Positions 1 to 9,856 of a DNA stretch of 64,000 nt are shown in pieces (positions within the stretch are counted from its first letter, which is position 1; every line of letters starts with the position of its first letter). The notes below the pieces were generated by a model, which did not search any database, was not told the origin of the DNA, and was given only the letters and a program-made list of their open reading frames with translations. Both the position numbers and the translations under genes were made by a program. The stretch comes from an uncultured Bacilli bacterium (GTDB lineage Bacteria > Bacillota_I > Bacilli_A > RF39 > UBA660), in contig CASTSB010000005.1 of NCBI GenBank assembly GCA_949451605.1, positions 1,096 through 65,095 of the forward strand, given 5' to 3'.

Positions 1-747
1 GCTAAATTATAATCATCATATAAATCTTTTCCATAAGCATTTACATTTTGACCTAATAATGTAACTTCTTTATATCCATCACTTACAAGCTCTTTTACTT
101 CTTTAATTATATCTTCACGTCTTCTGCTTCTCTCTCTTCCTCTAGTATAAGGAACTATACAATAAGTACAAAATTTATTACATCCATAAATTATATTTAC
201 AAATGCCTTATAGTTATTAGTTCTAATTACTGGTAACCCTTCTACCAAATCAGCTTCTCTAGATAAAACTTCAATTTGTTGAGTATTAGTTTTAATTGCC
301 TCATCAATAATATTAGGTAATTGATACATATTATGAGTTCCAAATACAAAATTAACAAATTTATAATCTCTTAATATTTCTTCTACAACACTAGCTTCTT
401 GTGCCATACACCCACATAGACCAATTATCAAATCCTTCTTTTCCATTTTTAAATGTTTTAATCTTCCAAGCATTCCAAAAGCTTTATTATGAGCATTTTC
501 TCTAATACTACAAGTATTTAGAAGAACTAAATCAGCTTTTTCATAATCTTCAACTTCTTCAAATCCTAAACTAACAAGTAAAGCTTTAATATTTTCACTA
601 TCATGTTCATTCATTTGACATCCATAAGTTTTTAAATGAAATTTCATACCTTTATATTTATTTTTTATCTTATTATCAAATTTAAATTCAACAGTTTTGT
701 ACTCTCTAATATCTCTTGTTCTAGCTTCTTTATAATCAGGTAATTTC
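1..747 (-). CDS. miaB: tRNA methylthiotransferase MiaB/RimO-family radical SAM enzyme, 5' part of the gene (3' end lies outside the window)
   Basis: Minus-strand translation from the ATG at 747 gives MKLPDYKEARTRDIREYK...TYGCQMNEHDSE...LNTCSIRENA...YGCNKFCTYCIVPYTRGRERSRR. This shows an MTTase N-domain plus the CxxxCxxC radical SAM motif. The ORF runs off the window start. Confidence 0.8.
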
Positions 748-823
748 ATACTACTATCCCCTTCCAATCGTATATATAATATAATATTTAACAAAATAAA
801 ACAAGATAATAATATTATCTTGT

Positions 824-1573
824 TTAAGCATAAGCCTCATCTAAAGACGACATAATAATTGATTCAAGAGAATTTGAAGTATTATTCATTATCTCATTTT
901 TTATTATATCCATATTTTTATTTATATCATCAATAACTTTCTTCATACTAGGTATTAGTTCTTTTTTCTCTAAATTATTAACTATTACTTCAAGATTATT
1001 TAACTTAGAATATTTACCATAATAAGTATTCTTAATACAAGCAGTAATTAATTTATTAAAAGAAAAAATATCAATATTATTAAAACGCTTATCTTCTAAT
1101 ACCTTAAAAGCAGTACAAATATAATTATTACTAATAGCTTTATCTAATATTGTTTCTCCTCTTGCATTTTTAATATTAGGAATAAAATTAGATTTTTTTA
1201 CTAATTGATTTACCAATTTTATTGCAGATAAAGAATTATCTTGTGCCAAAATATGACCGAAAGTATTTCCTTCTACATTTTGATGATTAACATCCCAATT
1301 TCTTTTTTTCATTAATTCTAAGACCAAATGATATTGTTTAGCCTTTAAAAGTCTAGTAACCACATCATTACCCACACTATCGCATTGATTAACGTTAATT
1401 TTATTCTTTTCGATAAGTAACTGAATAGCCTCAAATTCTCCCTGTTTAATTAAAGTAAAAACCAGGGATGGCTCCTCAGAACATGCATTAAGCATCTCTA
1501 TATCACTTTTAAACATATTAAACACCTCTTTGTTTGTGTGACAGTTAATAATTATACTACCAGTATTAATCAT
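824..1573 (-). CDS. ankyrin-repeat-like protein
   Basis: ANK-like segments GNTFGHILAQDNSLSAIKLVNQLV and GETILDKAISNNYICTAFKVL. The likely start is MINTGS at 1573, with RBS ggagtgag upstream; the track ORF starts earlier, at 1630. Confidence 0.4.
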   Translation of the reverse strand: MINTGSIIINCHTNKEVFNMFKSDIEMLNACSEEPSLVFTLIKQGEFEAIQLLIEKNKINVNQCDSVGNDVVTRLLKAKQYHLVLELMKKRNWDVNHQNVEGNTFGHILAQDNSLSAIKLVNQLVKKSNFIPNIKNARGETILDKAISNNYICTAFKVLEDKRFNNIDIFSFNKLITACIKNTYYGKYSKLNNLEVIVNNLEKKELIPSMKKVIDDINKNMDIIKNEIMNNTSNSLESIIMSSLDEAYA

Positions 1574-1682
1574 TGTCAAACTCTCACTCCTTCTACCTCT
1601 ATTATGGTAGAAACAAAAAAAACTATACAAAAAAATAGTTTTATGATATAATAAGCGCAGCTATTAAAGGGGGACGATATTT

Positions 1683-2684
1683 ATGATTAATATAAATATT
1701 AGAGAAACATTAATACATAATTTGATAAATACTTCAAAAACAATAAAATGCTTATATGACAATATGAATTTTTTTAATAAAGAAAACTTAGAAAAACAAT
1801 TAGAATCTGAAATAAAAAAAGAAGATTTGATTCTAGACTTATTAGAAATAAATGAAGAAAATTCTAAAGAAATTTATGATGAATTAAGTAATGAATTAAA
1901 CGATAGTCTTTTAGACAACATAAAAATAAATGTTAAAGATGATAATTTAAATAAAATGTTTAATGATTATTTCGAATTAAGCAGAATTAATACACTACAT
2001 ACAAATGATTTAGTAAGAGAAAGATTTGAAAGCTATCTTATAAAAAAATTTAAATCTAATCCAACAATCTCTGAAAAGAAAAAAGAATTAGAAAATATGC
2101 TTATCGATTATTATGGCAAAGAAACAAAAGATTTAATGAATGGCCTAAAGCAAGAAAAAGCTATGATAAGACACCAAGCAAATATTGATTACTACACAAG
2201 TACTATAAAGTTTTTAAATGAACTTCAAGAAAAAAATGAAGATACTGATATTATAAATCAAACTTTATATGTAAAAAATCAAATATTATTTAAAGATAAA
2301 GAAATTGAAGAAAAATATTATAATAACAACTTAACTATTGATGGTTATAATAAATGTTTAGAAAATGGTCACAATAAAAAGTTTGTTGATAATCTATATA
2401 ATGAGTTTATATTTGATAATATTAATGGTTATGGAAATAAATGTTATTTATACAGTGATAAATCTTTACAAAACTACAAAGAAAAAACGCAATTTGATAT
2501 CACTTTACAATTTTTTAAAGCTGGACTTTATCTAATGGATTTAGAAGATTTAAAAGAAGTTTCTATGGATTATCAATGTAACAATATAAATAATTCTAGA
2601 AAAAGTGTAAGTTTAATTGAAGACTCTATGATAGAGATTATAGAGTTAAAAGAAAACAAAAAACAAATAAAACTTAAAAAATAA
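1683..2684 (+). CDS. hypothetical K/N/E-rich protein
   Basis: 333-aa ORF with RBS aaagggggacg upstream. No motif recognised. Confidence 0.45.
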   Translation: MININIRETLIHNLINTSKTIKCLYDNMNFFNKENLEKQLESEIKKEDLILDLLEINEENSKEIYDELSNELNDSLLDNIKINVKDDNLNKMFNDYFELSRINTLHTNDLVRERFESYLIKKFKSNPTISEKKKELENMLIDYYGKETKDLMNGLKQEKAMIRHQANIDYYTSTIKFLNELQEKNEDTDIINQTLYVKNQILFKDKEIEEKYYNNNLTIDGYNKCLENGHNKKFVDNLYNEFIFDNINGYGNKCYLYSDKSLQNYKEKTQFDITLQFFKAGLYLMDLEDLKEVSMDYQCNNINNSRKSVSLIEDSMIEIIELKENKKQIKLKK

Positions 2685-2763
2685 AACTAAATAATAGTTT
2701 TATTTTTTTGTCTTTATAATCTTGTATTTATAATATATAATTAAGATTATAAGGAGTATTTAT

Positions 2764-3408
2764 ATGAAAAAGGATAAGAGATTAATTTTTGTAATTTTAT
2801 TATTAATTGGAATTGGAACATTATCAATTGGACTTGCAACATTTTCTAATATATTAACAATAAGATCAAGTACGACCGTTAGTCCTGATGAAAGCAGTTT
2901 TAAAGTTTTCATATCTGGCAATGCTAAAGATATTAATTACTTGTTTGTCAATTATGGATCTAGCTATCCTGATGCAAATCATAAACCATCAGGCAATTCA
3001 GGGCACATAATTAGAAATAGTACAAATCAATCATCAATTTCTGATATTAATGTAACATTTACTGGCCCTAATCAAACTGCAACTTGGACAGTTTATATAC
3101 ATAATCAAAATAATTATGATGTTTACTATAGTTATAATCAAAATGAACCTAATCTTAAATGTATTGCTGGAGAAGGAACAACTGATGAATTAGTACAAAA
3201 AGCTTGTAGTTGCATTTCTAATCAGCTAAAAAGAAAGGAATCTACAACTTATACCAAACTTGAACCTACTTCTAAATATAAGGTTTCAAAAAATTCTGTA
3301 GAAGAAATAAAATTAGAAATTAAATATAATAGATGTGATTATTTAGCCGATGGCCCTTTTGATATAGAAATAGGAGACTACGAAATAATAACAACATCTG
3401 CTCCATAA
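2764..3408 (+). CDS. secreted or membrane-anchored protein with SipW/TasA-like N-terminal signal; paralog of 10916..11587
   Basis: N-terminus K-rich then hydrophobic then GLATFSNILTIRSSTTVSPD. C-terminal motifs GEGTTDELVQKAC and ADGPF are shared with the ORF at 10916..11587. Confidence 0.5.
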   Translation: MKKDKRLIFVILLLIGIGTLSIGLATFSNILTIRSSTTVSPDESSFKVFISGNAKDINYLFVNYGSSYPDANHKPSGNSGHIIRNSTNQSSISDINVTFTGPNQTATWTVYIHNQNNYDVYYSYNQNEPNLKCIAGEGTTDELVQKACSCISNQLKRKESTTYTKLEPTSKYKVSKNSVEEIKLEIKYNRCDYLADGPFDIEIGDYEIITTSAP

Positions 3409-3419
3409 AATATCAAAAG

Positions 3420-3455
3420 AAAAAGTTGTGAATTAATTCCACAACTTTTTTATTT
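3420..3455. terminator. bidirectional rho-independent terminator between convergent genes
   Basis: Hairpin aaagttgtggaattaattccacaactttt flanked by A and T runs. Confidence 0.5.
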
Positions 3456-3460
3456 CCTAT

Positions 3461-4549
3461 TTATTTTAATTTTGTTCCACAATTTGTACAGAAGTTTCCA
3501 CCTACTGATTTAGTTCCACAGTTAGGGCAAAATTCTCCAGCTACATTTTGAGTTTGAGATTGTTGAGCTTGAGTTGAAGCATTATTTACTGCTCCTCCAA
3601 ATACTCCACCTGATGCCATATTCATCATTCCAACACCCATGAAACCATTCATTGCTCCATTTGCATTATTCGCAGCATCAACTACTGCATTTGCATATGC
3701 ACCAGTAAGAGTACCTTGTTGCATTTGAGCATTTGAAGATAATTCATAATTATCGATTTTCTTATTAGATTCTTCATCTAAAGTTACAGACTCAACAACG
3801 AACCCAACAATATTTAAACCACGATCTCTTATTTGTTGATCAAATACATTTTGGTCCATTAAATTTTTAATCTTTTCTGTACTACTTGGTAATTCAAGTA
3901 CAGGAACTTTATTTTCACTATTACCTAATGCATTAAGTACGTTTTGGAAAGAACCCACTACTTCAGATCTCATTTGTTCACAAATTTCATCTTTTCTATA
4001 TACTTCTGCTACTCCAGCAATTCTACTCATAAATACTGCAGGATCTGAAATCCTAAAAGTGTATTTTCCAAAACATTTTACATCAACTCTTAGCGGTGAA
4101 ACTTCGCCAGTCATTTGATTTGGAATTGGATGAGACCAGTCCTGATAAGGAACAGGTGCTGGTGTTCCAAATTTATTATCCATTATTTCTTTTGCATTTA
4201 AATAAAATACTGCTTGTTCTTTACTTGTTCCACCATTATATGTAAAACGTGTCCACATTTCTTTAAATACTTCACCAAATTGACCTGCAAAAAATGAAGG
4301 AGATGTAGATTGATCAAAAGTATACATACCCTCTTCTGCTGTTGCATCTAAAATTTGTCCATTTTGGAAAATAATTGCAATTTGACCAGGTGCTACTTGA
4401 ATAGCACTATCCTTAGAGATTACTCCATTTGGAGTAGAAACTCTTTTCATTAAAATATCTTGTCCTAAGTCTTCACATCTAATGTACTCTTTCCATTGAT
4501 CATGTAAAGTACTTCCTACAGCACTTACAGCTGCTTTAATTAATCCCAT
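3461..4549 (-). CDS. SPFH/band-7-like protein with C-terminal double zinc ribbon (YdjI-like)
   Basis: 362 aa. C-terminus is CPNCGTKSVGGNFCTNCGTK preceded by a Q/N/G-rich linker. The body resembles SPFH-family virion-core-like proteins. Confidence 0.6.
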   Translation of the reverse strand: MGLIKAAVSAVGSTLHDQWKEYIRCEDLGQDILMKRVSTPNGVISKDSAIQVAPGQIAIIFQNGQILDATAEEGMYTFDQSTSPSFFAGQFGEVFKEMWTRFTYNGGTSKEQAVFYLNAKEIMDNKFGTPAPVPYQDWSHPIPNQMTGEVSPLRVDVKCFGKYTFRISDPAVFMSRIAGVAEVYRKDEICEQMRSEVVGSFQNVLNALGNSENKVPVLELPSSTEKIKNLMDQNVFDQQIRDRGLNIVGFVVESVTLDEESNKKIDNYELSSNAQMQQGTLTGAYANAVVDAANNANGAMNGFMGVGMMNMASGGVFGGAVNNASTQAQQSQTQNVAGEFCPNCGTKSVGGNFCTNCGTKLK

Positions 4550-4568
4550 AATATACCTCTTTTCTTAA

Positions 4569-5468
4569 TTAAAATTTATGTCCTCCGCCACCATGGCTAA
4601 TACCACTACTGCCAGAATGAGTAGAAGATCCTCCCCCACTACCAGTATCTGATGGTAAAGCAACTTTACTAACATGCGATCCTAAAAAAATATCACGCAC
4701 TTTATTAACCCTCATCGTACTATTATTTAAATAGCTGCGAGAAGAATTAGCCTTATGAACTGTCTTATTTAAATAAGCCATTATTAATATTATAACGATA
4801 GTACCAATTAAAGCAAATATAAAAACCCCAACTATAAAACTATTATCTTTAACTATCATACCATCATTATCTATAGTATAATTGGTATCCTCAGAAGATT
4901 CAATACTACTATATGATAAAATTGCATTTATAAATACTCTAGTGCCTTCAAAATAATCTTCATCACTCATATATCTAAATACTTTATCTAAAATAGCATT
5001 TTTTCTATAATCTGTATAAACTGAAATAGCATCCCCCGTAGTAGTAAAATATATTTCTCTAGTATCCATATCTATAAGAAATAATAATCCACTATTATCA
5101 TCACCTATACCAAAGTCATTATAATCATAAAAATCATCTGAATAGACACCAGCATTATGCTTGTTATTATAACTAATAGTCACAACAGCTAAATCCATAT
5201 TAGTATTTTTTATGAATTTATTTATTTGATCATATAAATCTTTTTCTTCCTGATCATCAAACAAATCAGCAAAATCATAGACTTTTTCTTTAGCATCTAC
5301 TGAAGGAGTAAGTAATATGTTACTCTTGTTTTCTTCAGTAACATTTATATAGTCAGGCACCCGTAAATCTTCATTAGTTCTTTCAAATGTTTTTGTACTA
5401 GCATTTACATCTTTTATCCAAAAAACGGATAAAATAATTACTAATAATAAAAATAATCTTTTCTTCAT
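4569..5468 (-). CDS. TPM-domain membrane protein (YdjH-like)
   Basis: Signal peptide, then TPM-like core DFADLFDDQEEKDLYDQINKFIKNTNMDLAVVTI, a TM helix and a Gly/Ser-rich tail GSGGGSSTHSGSSGISHGGGGH. Confidence 0.6.
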   Translation of the reverse strand: MKKRLFLLLVIILSVFWIKDVNASTKTFERTNEDLRVPDYINVTEENKSNILLTPSVDAKEKVYDFADLFDDQEEKDLYDQINKFIKNTNMDLAVVTISYNNKHNAGVYSDDFYDYNDFGIGDDNSGLLFLIDMDTREIYFTTTGDAISVYTDYRKNAILDKVFRYMSDEDYFEGTRVFINAILSYSSIESSEDTNYTIDNDGMIVKDNSFIVGVFIFALIGTIVIILIMAYLNKTVHKANSSRSYLNNSTMRVNKVRDIFLGSHVSKVALPSDTGSGGGSSTHSGSSGISHGGGGHKF

Positions 5469-5476
5469 ATTTTCAC

Positions 5477-6520
5477 CTACATTAAAATATTAAACAAATA
5501 CCCAATCACAAATAATATAATAAATATTAATATTGACCAAATAATTGTTTCTTTCTTACCAATAGGTATATTTCCAACCATTTTACCAGTCTGACCATTT
5601 ACCGCAAAAGTATAAGTTTTATTATTATAAATGATATTTACCATCCAAACAGGTAACATAATGTAATAGGAATTAATTTTTTTCATAGAAACAGCATTGT
5701 TTTTAACAATATTTGTTTGATGTCCACATCTTCCACGTGACATATCAATACATGTTTTCAAGCATCTATCACTTGCTCGATTAAATCCACCATCTTCTAA
5801 AACATCATATTTTTCAGCCAAAAATCCTGATAAATATGCATGATTATAATCAACTAAATCTTTAAAATTAAATGGTTCTAATGAATCCATCAAATCATCA
5901 TCAAATCTGCTAGACCCATCTGCAAGTACCTTTGAAAAATCTAGATGAGTATTTATAGTAACATCAAAGTTACTTACTTTAGTATAGCTGTATCTAGAAT
6001 CACTCCAATGCATAGTATCAGTACAAGCAAAGGTTATATCTCCATCACTTTCAACATCAAAAGCCCAAAAAGGAATATAAACGCCAGATATTTTATCTAT
6101 ATTTTTTATATCCTTAAACTTTCTTGGCATTAATGGTTTATTTTTAGTAAGCTTAGCAAAAGACTTAGCCGCTACATCCTTAGTATTTTTAAAAGGTATA
6201 ATCAAATCAGGGGCTCTTCCATCATCTATTTTTTCTTTTAATATAGCAGTACTTCCACAATAAACGCAAAATGTTGCTGTAGTTGTTTCATCTGCTAATA
6301 TTTCAGCGCCACAATTTTTACAATGAAAGTTACTAAAACCCTTTAATTCTTTTTCTTTTTTCAAAACTTCATTTGCTTTTTCATTACTTGCATTTTTATA
6401 CTTTTTCATTTCTTCTAAAGTAAATTTACTTCCACAATAATCACAATGCCAAAGTTGCTCTTTAGGATCAAAATCTATTTTAGCCGAACATGAAGGACAT
6501 TTATTATCCAAAGCTTCCAC
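5477..6520 (-). CDS. zinc-ribbon protein with C-terminal TM helix (YdjG-like)
   Basis: CPSCSAKIDFD...CDYCGS and CKNCGAEI...CVYCGS CxxC pairs. C-terminal hydrophobic helix. Confidence 0.5.
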   Translation of the reverse strand: MEALDNKCPSCSAKIDFDPKEQLWHCDYCGSKFTLEEMKKYKNASNEKANEVLKKEKELKGFSNFHCKNCGAEILADETTTATFCVYCGSTAILKEKIDDGRAPDLIIPFKNTKDVAAKSFAKLTKNKPLMPRKFKDIKNIDKISGVYIPFWAFDVESDGDITFACTDTMHWSDSRYSYTKVSNFDVTINTHLDFSKVLADGSSRFDDDLMDSLEPFNFKDLVDYNHAYLSGFLAEKYDVLEDGGFNRASDRCLKTCIDMSRGRCGHQTNIVKNNAVSMKKINSYYIMLPVWMVNIIYNNKTYTFAVNGQTGKMVGNIPIGKKETIIWSILIFIILFVIGYLFNILM

Positions 6521-6574
6521 TTATACCACATCCCATCATATAAAAATATTATAGCACACTAAAAAAAATTACAA

Positions 6575-6600
6575 AAGAAAAAGCATCTTTAAGATGCTTA
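6575..6600 (-). terminator. rho-independent terminator
   Basis: aagcatctttaagatgctt hairpin with a T-tract on the minus strand. Confidence 0.45.
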
Positions 6601-7260
6601 TGCAAATTCTTCGTCCAATGAAAGAATTTCAATCTCATTTTCAAACTTTTCTACTAAACTATTAACTTTAACAGTCACTTTGTTATCTTCAATTTTTTTA
6701 TTATCATCTAATAATTCATTTTCATATTTTTTAATATTGTTTAAACAATTTTTATTATCTCTAACTTTATAAAGCTTATAAAAATCGTCTCCATTACCAA
6801 TATACTTTTCTTTTCTAATTAATGATGAACTATTTTTATTTATTCTTTGATCAAAATTATCTTTATCTTTAAATTTATCAATTTTAATAGATCTATTTGA
6901 ATACTTTTTTATTCCTTTAATTTTTTTATTTGTTAATGACTCTTCTATTATATTAACAAAATTAAATTTATTTTCTTTAATAAATTTGCCAGTTTCCCAA
7001 ATTTCCCCAAACATAGGAATATTTTGTACTTGTTTAGCAATTGGCTCAAGAAAAGAGTCTATTTCTTCTTCATCTTCTTCAAAGCTATTAAATTCAAAAT
7101 CATCTAATAAATCTTCTTCATCCACTTCAATCATTATAGGAGGATAAAATCTGAATTCATTCTCAACTACTTTCAAATTCCAATTAACATATTTTTTATT
7201 ACTATGTATTTTAGCAACCCTATTAATATCCGTCGTACTAATATAATCTACTTTAACCAT
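6598..7260 (-). CDS. hypothetical acidic protein
   Basis: 220-aa ORF with an E/D-rich middle. No motif recognised. Confidence 0.35.
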   Translation of the reverse strand: MVKVDYISTTDINRVAKIHSNKKYVNWNLKVVENEFRFYPPIMIEVDEEDLLDDFEFNSFEEDEEEIDSFLEPIAKQVQNIPMFGEIWETGKFIKENKFNFVNIIEESLTNKKIKGIKKYSNRSIKIDKFKDKDNFDQRINKNSSSLIRKEKYIGNGDDFYKLYKVRDNKNCLNNIKKYENELLDDNKKIEDNKVTVKVNSLVEKFENEIEILSLDEEFA

Positions 7261-7317
7261 AATTTACTGCCTCCTAAACTACCTAGAACCAGTATATCAT
7301 AATCATCATAAAAAAGA

Positions 7318-7478
7318 TTTAATTTTCTTTATTAATTCTTTTTAACTCGTCAATATTTATATTAAGAGATTTTGCTATAACTTCAATTGAAACACCATTT
7401 TTCATTAAGTTAATAGCATCTTTTATCTTTTCATTCGAAATAGTTTCTAAATTATGTTTTTCTTCATCATATTTGGAG
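7318..7478 (-). other. tandem second copy of the Rpn-family C-terminal tail module, in a different frame
   Basis: Translates KIKDAINLMKNGVSIEVIAKSLNINIDELKRINKEN*, homologous to the ENAINFMKMGTPLKDISKALGLSIKKLEEL tail of the adjacent ORF. Confidence 0.4.
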
Positions 7479-8400
7479 ATAGAATTTTTTCTCTTAATTC
7501 TTCTAATTTCTTAATACTTAGTCCTAAGGCTTTAGAAATATCCTTTAATGGTGTTCCCATTTTCATAAAGTTAATTGCATTTTCTTCATTCTTTTTCTCT
7601 GCTGCTTGATATGCCATTGCCTTAGACATCCATTCATCTTCTTCCTCTTTATCATATAAACCAATTATCTCATCATCAATTGAAGCTTTATACGCATCTT
7701 TTTGTATTTCTTCCATTATCTTATTTTCCTCCTTTATATCAGAAAACTCTCCTACTTCCTTAGAGTTTAATACTAATAATAGTTTCTCTAATTCAGTTAA
7801 CTTGTCTTTATTATAATATTTTTCCAATATTTTAGGAAGATAAAAATACATAAAATGTGATTTATCTGTTAATGATTTTTTATTATCCTTAACTTTTATT
7901 ATTTCATATTCTTCTACAGTTTCATTATTTCCTTCAAAATAGAAATTATTTATATTTATTTGAAATACATAATCGTAATTATATTTTGTTCCTCTTTTTC
8001 CAGAGCTTGCATAAAGTCTAGTAGCATAGTCAATATTTCTTTCTAGTGATAAAACATTTTTATTATTGTTCATTTCAATATTATAAATCTTATCACCAAG
8101 TCTAATTATTATATCAACACTTCTTTTAGATTCCATAAATTTATCTTGATCTAGATCGTTTTTAATAAATTCCATATTATCTTCAATTTCCTTTCTATCT
8201 CTTTTTAATATTAAAGACAAAAAATAAGCAGTAAATTTTTTCTTCTTTTCATTTCATAACAATATCTTAAACATAGTATCAGATACTATTGGAATAATAT
8301 CTCCCTTCTTTAGTTCCTTAGCAGGAACTAATCTTATACTTTTATCAGTCTTAATTGCTTTATTTAATAATACTTCCAGATAAAATACCTCCTCTTCGTC
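7447..8400 (-). pseudogene. Rpn/YhgA-like (Transposase_31, PD-(D/E)XK) recombination-promoting nuclease, interrupted by an in-frame TGA
   Basis: Single frame reads ...IIPIVSDTMFKILL(TGA at 8254..8256)NEKKKKFTAYFMSLIL...RSVDIIIRLGDKIYNIEMNNNKN...NFMKMGTPLKDISKALGLSIKKLEEL. The TGA sits where the family FKK-IFG Gly would be. No ATG precedes the N-terminal part. Confidence 0.55.
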
Positions 8401-8491
8401 CTAACAAGATACACTAAAGTTTTATCCCTGTAAAATGACAAATTTAGTAATTTTAAAAAGAAAAAAATTTGAAAAAGATAAATCTATTTAG

Positions 8492-8524
8492 ACAAAAAAA
8501 GAAAAGTAATCCTAATTACTTTTC
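8492..8524 (-). terminator. serS rho-independent terminator
   Basis: Hairpin gaaaagtaat/attacttttc followed by a T7 run on the minus strand. Confidence 0.5.
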
Positions 8525-8566
8525 AATTAACTTAGTTAGTATAAATTCAGTTTTTTTATATTTTTA

Positions 8567-9856
8567 CTATTTTTCTTTTGGCTTAATAACTTCAATACCA
8601 CCCATATAAGGTTGAAGAATTTTTGGAACTTTAATAGTACCATCTTCTTGATAATTATTTTCTAAAACAGCAATTAGTCCTCTTGGAGTAGCAACTACAG
8701 TATTATTTAAAGTATGTAAATAATATGTACCATTAGGTCCCTTAGCACGAATACCTAAACGTCTAGCTTGAGCATCTCCTAAAGTTGAACAGCTTCCAAC
8801 TTCAAAGAATTTTTGTTGTCTTGGACTCCAAGCTTCTACATCGCAAGACTTAACCTTTAAATCAGCTAAATCTCCACTACAACATTCAAGTTGTCTTACA
8901 GGAACATCAAAACTTCTAAATAAATCAACAGTTAACTTCCACATTTTTTCATACCAATCCATAGATTCTTCAGGTTCACATATTACTATCATTTCTTGCT
9001 TTTCAAATTGATGAACACGGTATAAACCTCTCTCTTCCAATCCATGAGATCCACCTTCTTTTCTAAAGCATGGTGAATAACTAGTCATATTAATTGGAAG
9101 CTCTTTTTTATCTATAATTTGTCCTTTAAATTTACCAATCATTGAATGTTCACTAGTACCAATTAAGTAAAGATCTTCACCTTCTATTTTATACATCATA
9201 GCTTCCATTTCAGGAAAAGACATAACTCCAGTTACAACATCACTATGAATCATAAAAGGAGGAATTGCATAAGTAAATCCTGCATCTATCATAAAATCTC
9301 TTGCACAAGCAAGCATTGCTTCATGAAGTCTAGCAATATCTCCCATTAAATAATAGAAACCTTCTCCACTTGTTCTTCCAGCTGCTTCTTTATCCATTCC
9401 ATTAAATTTTGCAATAATATCTGCATGATGTGGAATTTCATATTCAGGAACAACTGCTTCACCAAATCTTTGAACTTCTACATTATTGGTATCATCTTCA
9501 CCAATTGGAACAGATGGATCCATGATATTAGGTATAACCATCATTCTATCTTTTATTTCTTTATTTAGACGTACTTGTTCTTCTTCTAAAATCTTGATTT
9601 CTTCTCCCATATTAGCTATTTCTTCTTTTATCTTGTCAGCTTCATCTTTATTTCCAGTTGCCATTAATTTACCAATTTCACTACTTTTTTTATTCTTATC
9701 AGCTTTTAATGTATCTGCTTTAACTTGTACATCACGTACTTTTTTATCTAATTCTTCAACTTCATCTACAAGTACCAATTTTTCATCTTGGAATTTCTTC
9801 TTAATATTTTCTTTTACTAGTTCTTTATTTTCTCTTATTAATTTTATATCTATCAT
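8567..9856 (-). CDS. serS: seryl-tRNA synthetase
   Basis: 429 aa with N-terminal coiled coil and class II core: FRKEGGSHGLEERGLYRVHQFEKQE, GRTSGEGFYYL. Confidence 0.9.
   Translation of the reverse strand: MIDIKLIRENKELVKENIKKKFQDEKLVLVDEVEELDKKVRDVQVKADTLKADKNKKSSEIGKLMATGNKDEADKIKEEIANMGEEIKILEEEQVRLNKEIKDRMMVIPNIMDPSVPIGEDDTNNVEVQRFGEAVVPEYEIPHHADIIAKFNGMDKEAAGRTSGEGFYYLMGDIARLHEAMLACARDFMIDAGFTYAIPPFMIHSDVVTGVMSFPEMEAMMYKIEGEDLYLIGTSEHSMIGKFKGQIIDKKELPINMTSYSPCFRKEGGSHGLEERGLYRVHQFEKQEMIVICEPEESMDWYEKMWKLTVDLFRSFDVPVRQLECCSGDLADLKVKSCDVEAWSPRQQKFFEVGSCSTLGDAQARRLGIRAKGPNGTYYLHTLNNTVVATPRGLIAVLENNYQEDGTIKVPKILQPYMGGIEVIKPKEK

Noticed and set aside
5945-6133. Short antisense ORFs in the six-frame track (5945..6133, 9486..9896, 10633..10893, 12942..13148, 14199..14508, 17540..17992, 18733..18978, 21337..21522, 25668..25850, 44826..45041, 49100..49381, 52340..52669, 58400..58672, 61594..61809, 62386..62643)
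   Set aside because: Each lies entirely inside a longer, motif-supported ORF on the opposite strand. Their composition (I/L/F/S-rich) is what AT-rich antisense frames produce by chance.
8254-8256. Possible UGA reassignment (code 4 Trp or code 25 Gly), suggested by a TGA at a conserved Gly position in the Rpn gene
   Set aside because: All other long ORFs, including the 2051-aa RHS gene, are free of in-frame TGA, and Trp is encoded by TGG. A point mutation in a decaying gene is the simpler reading.
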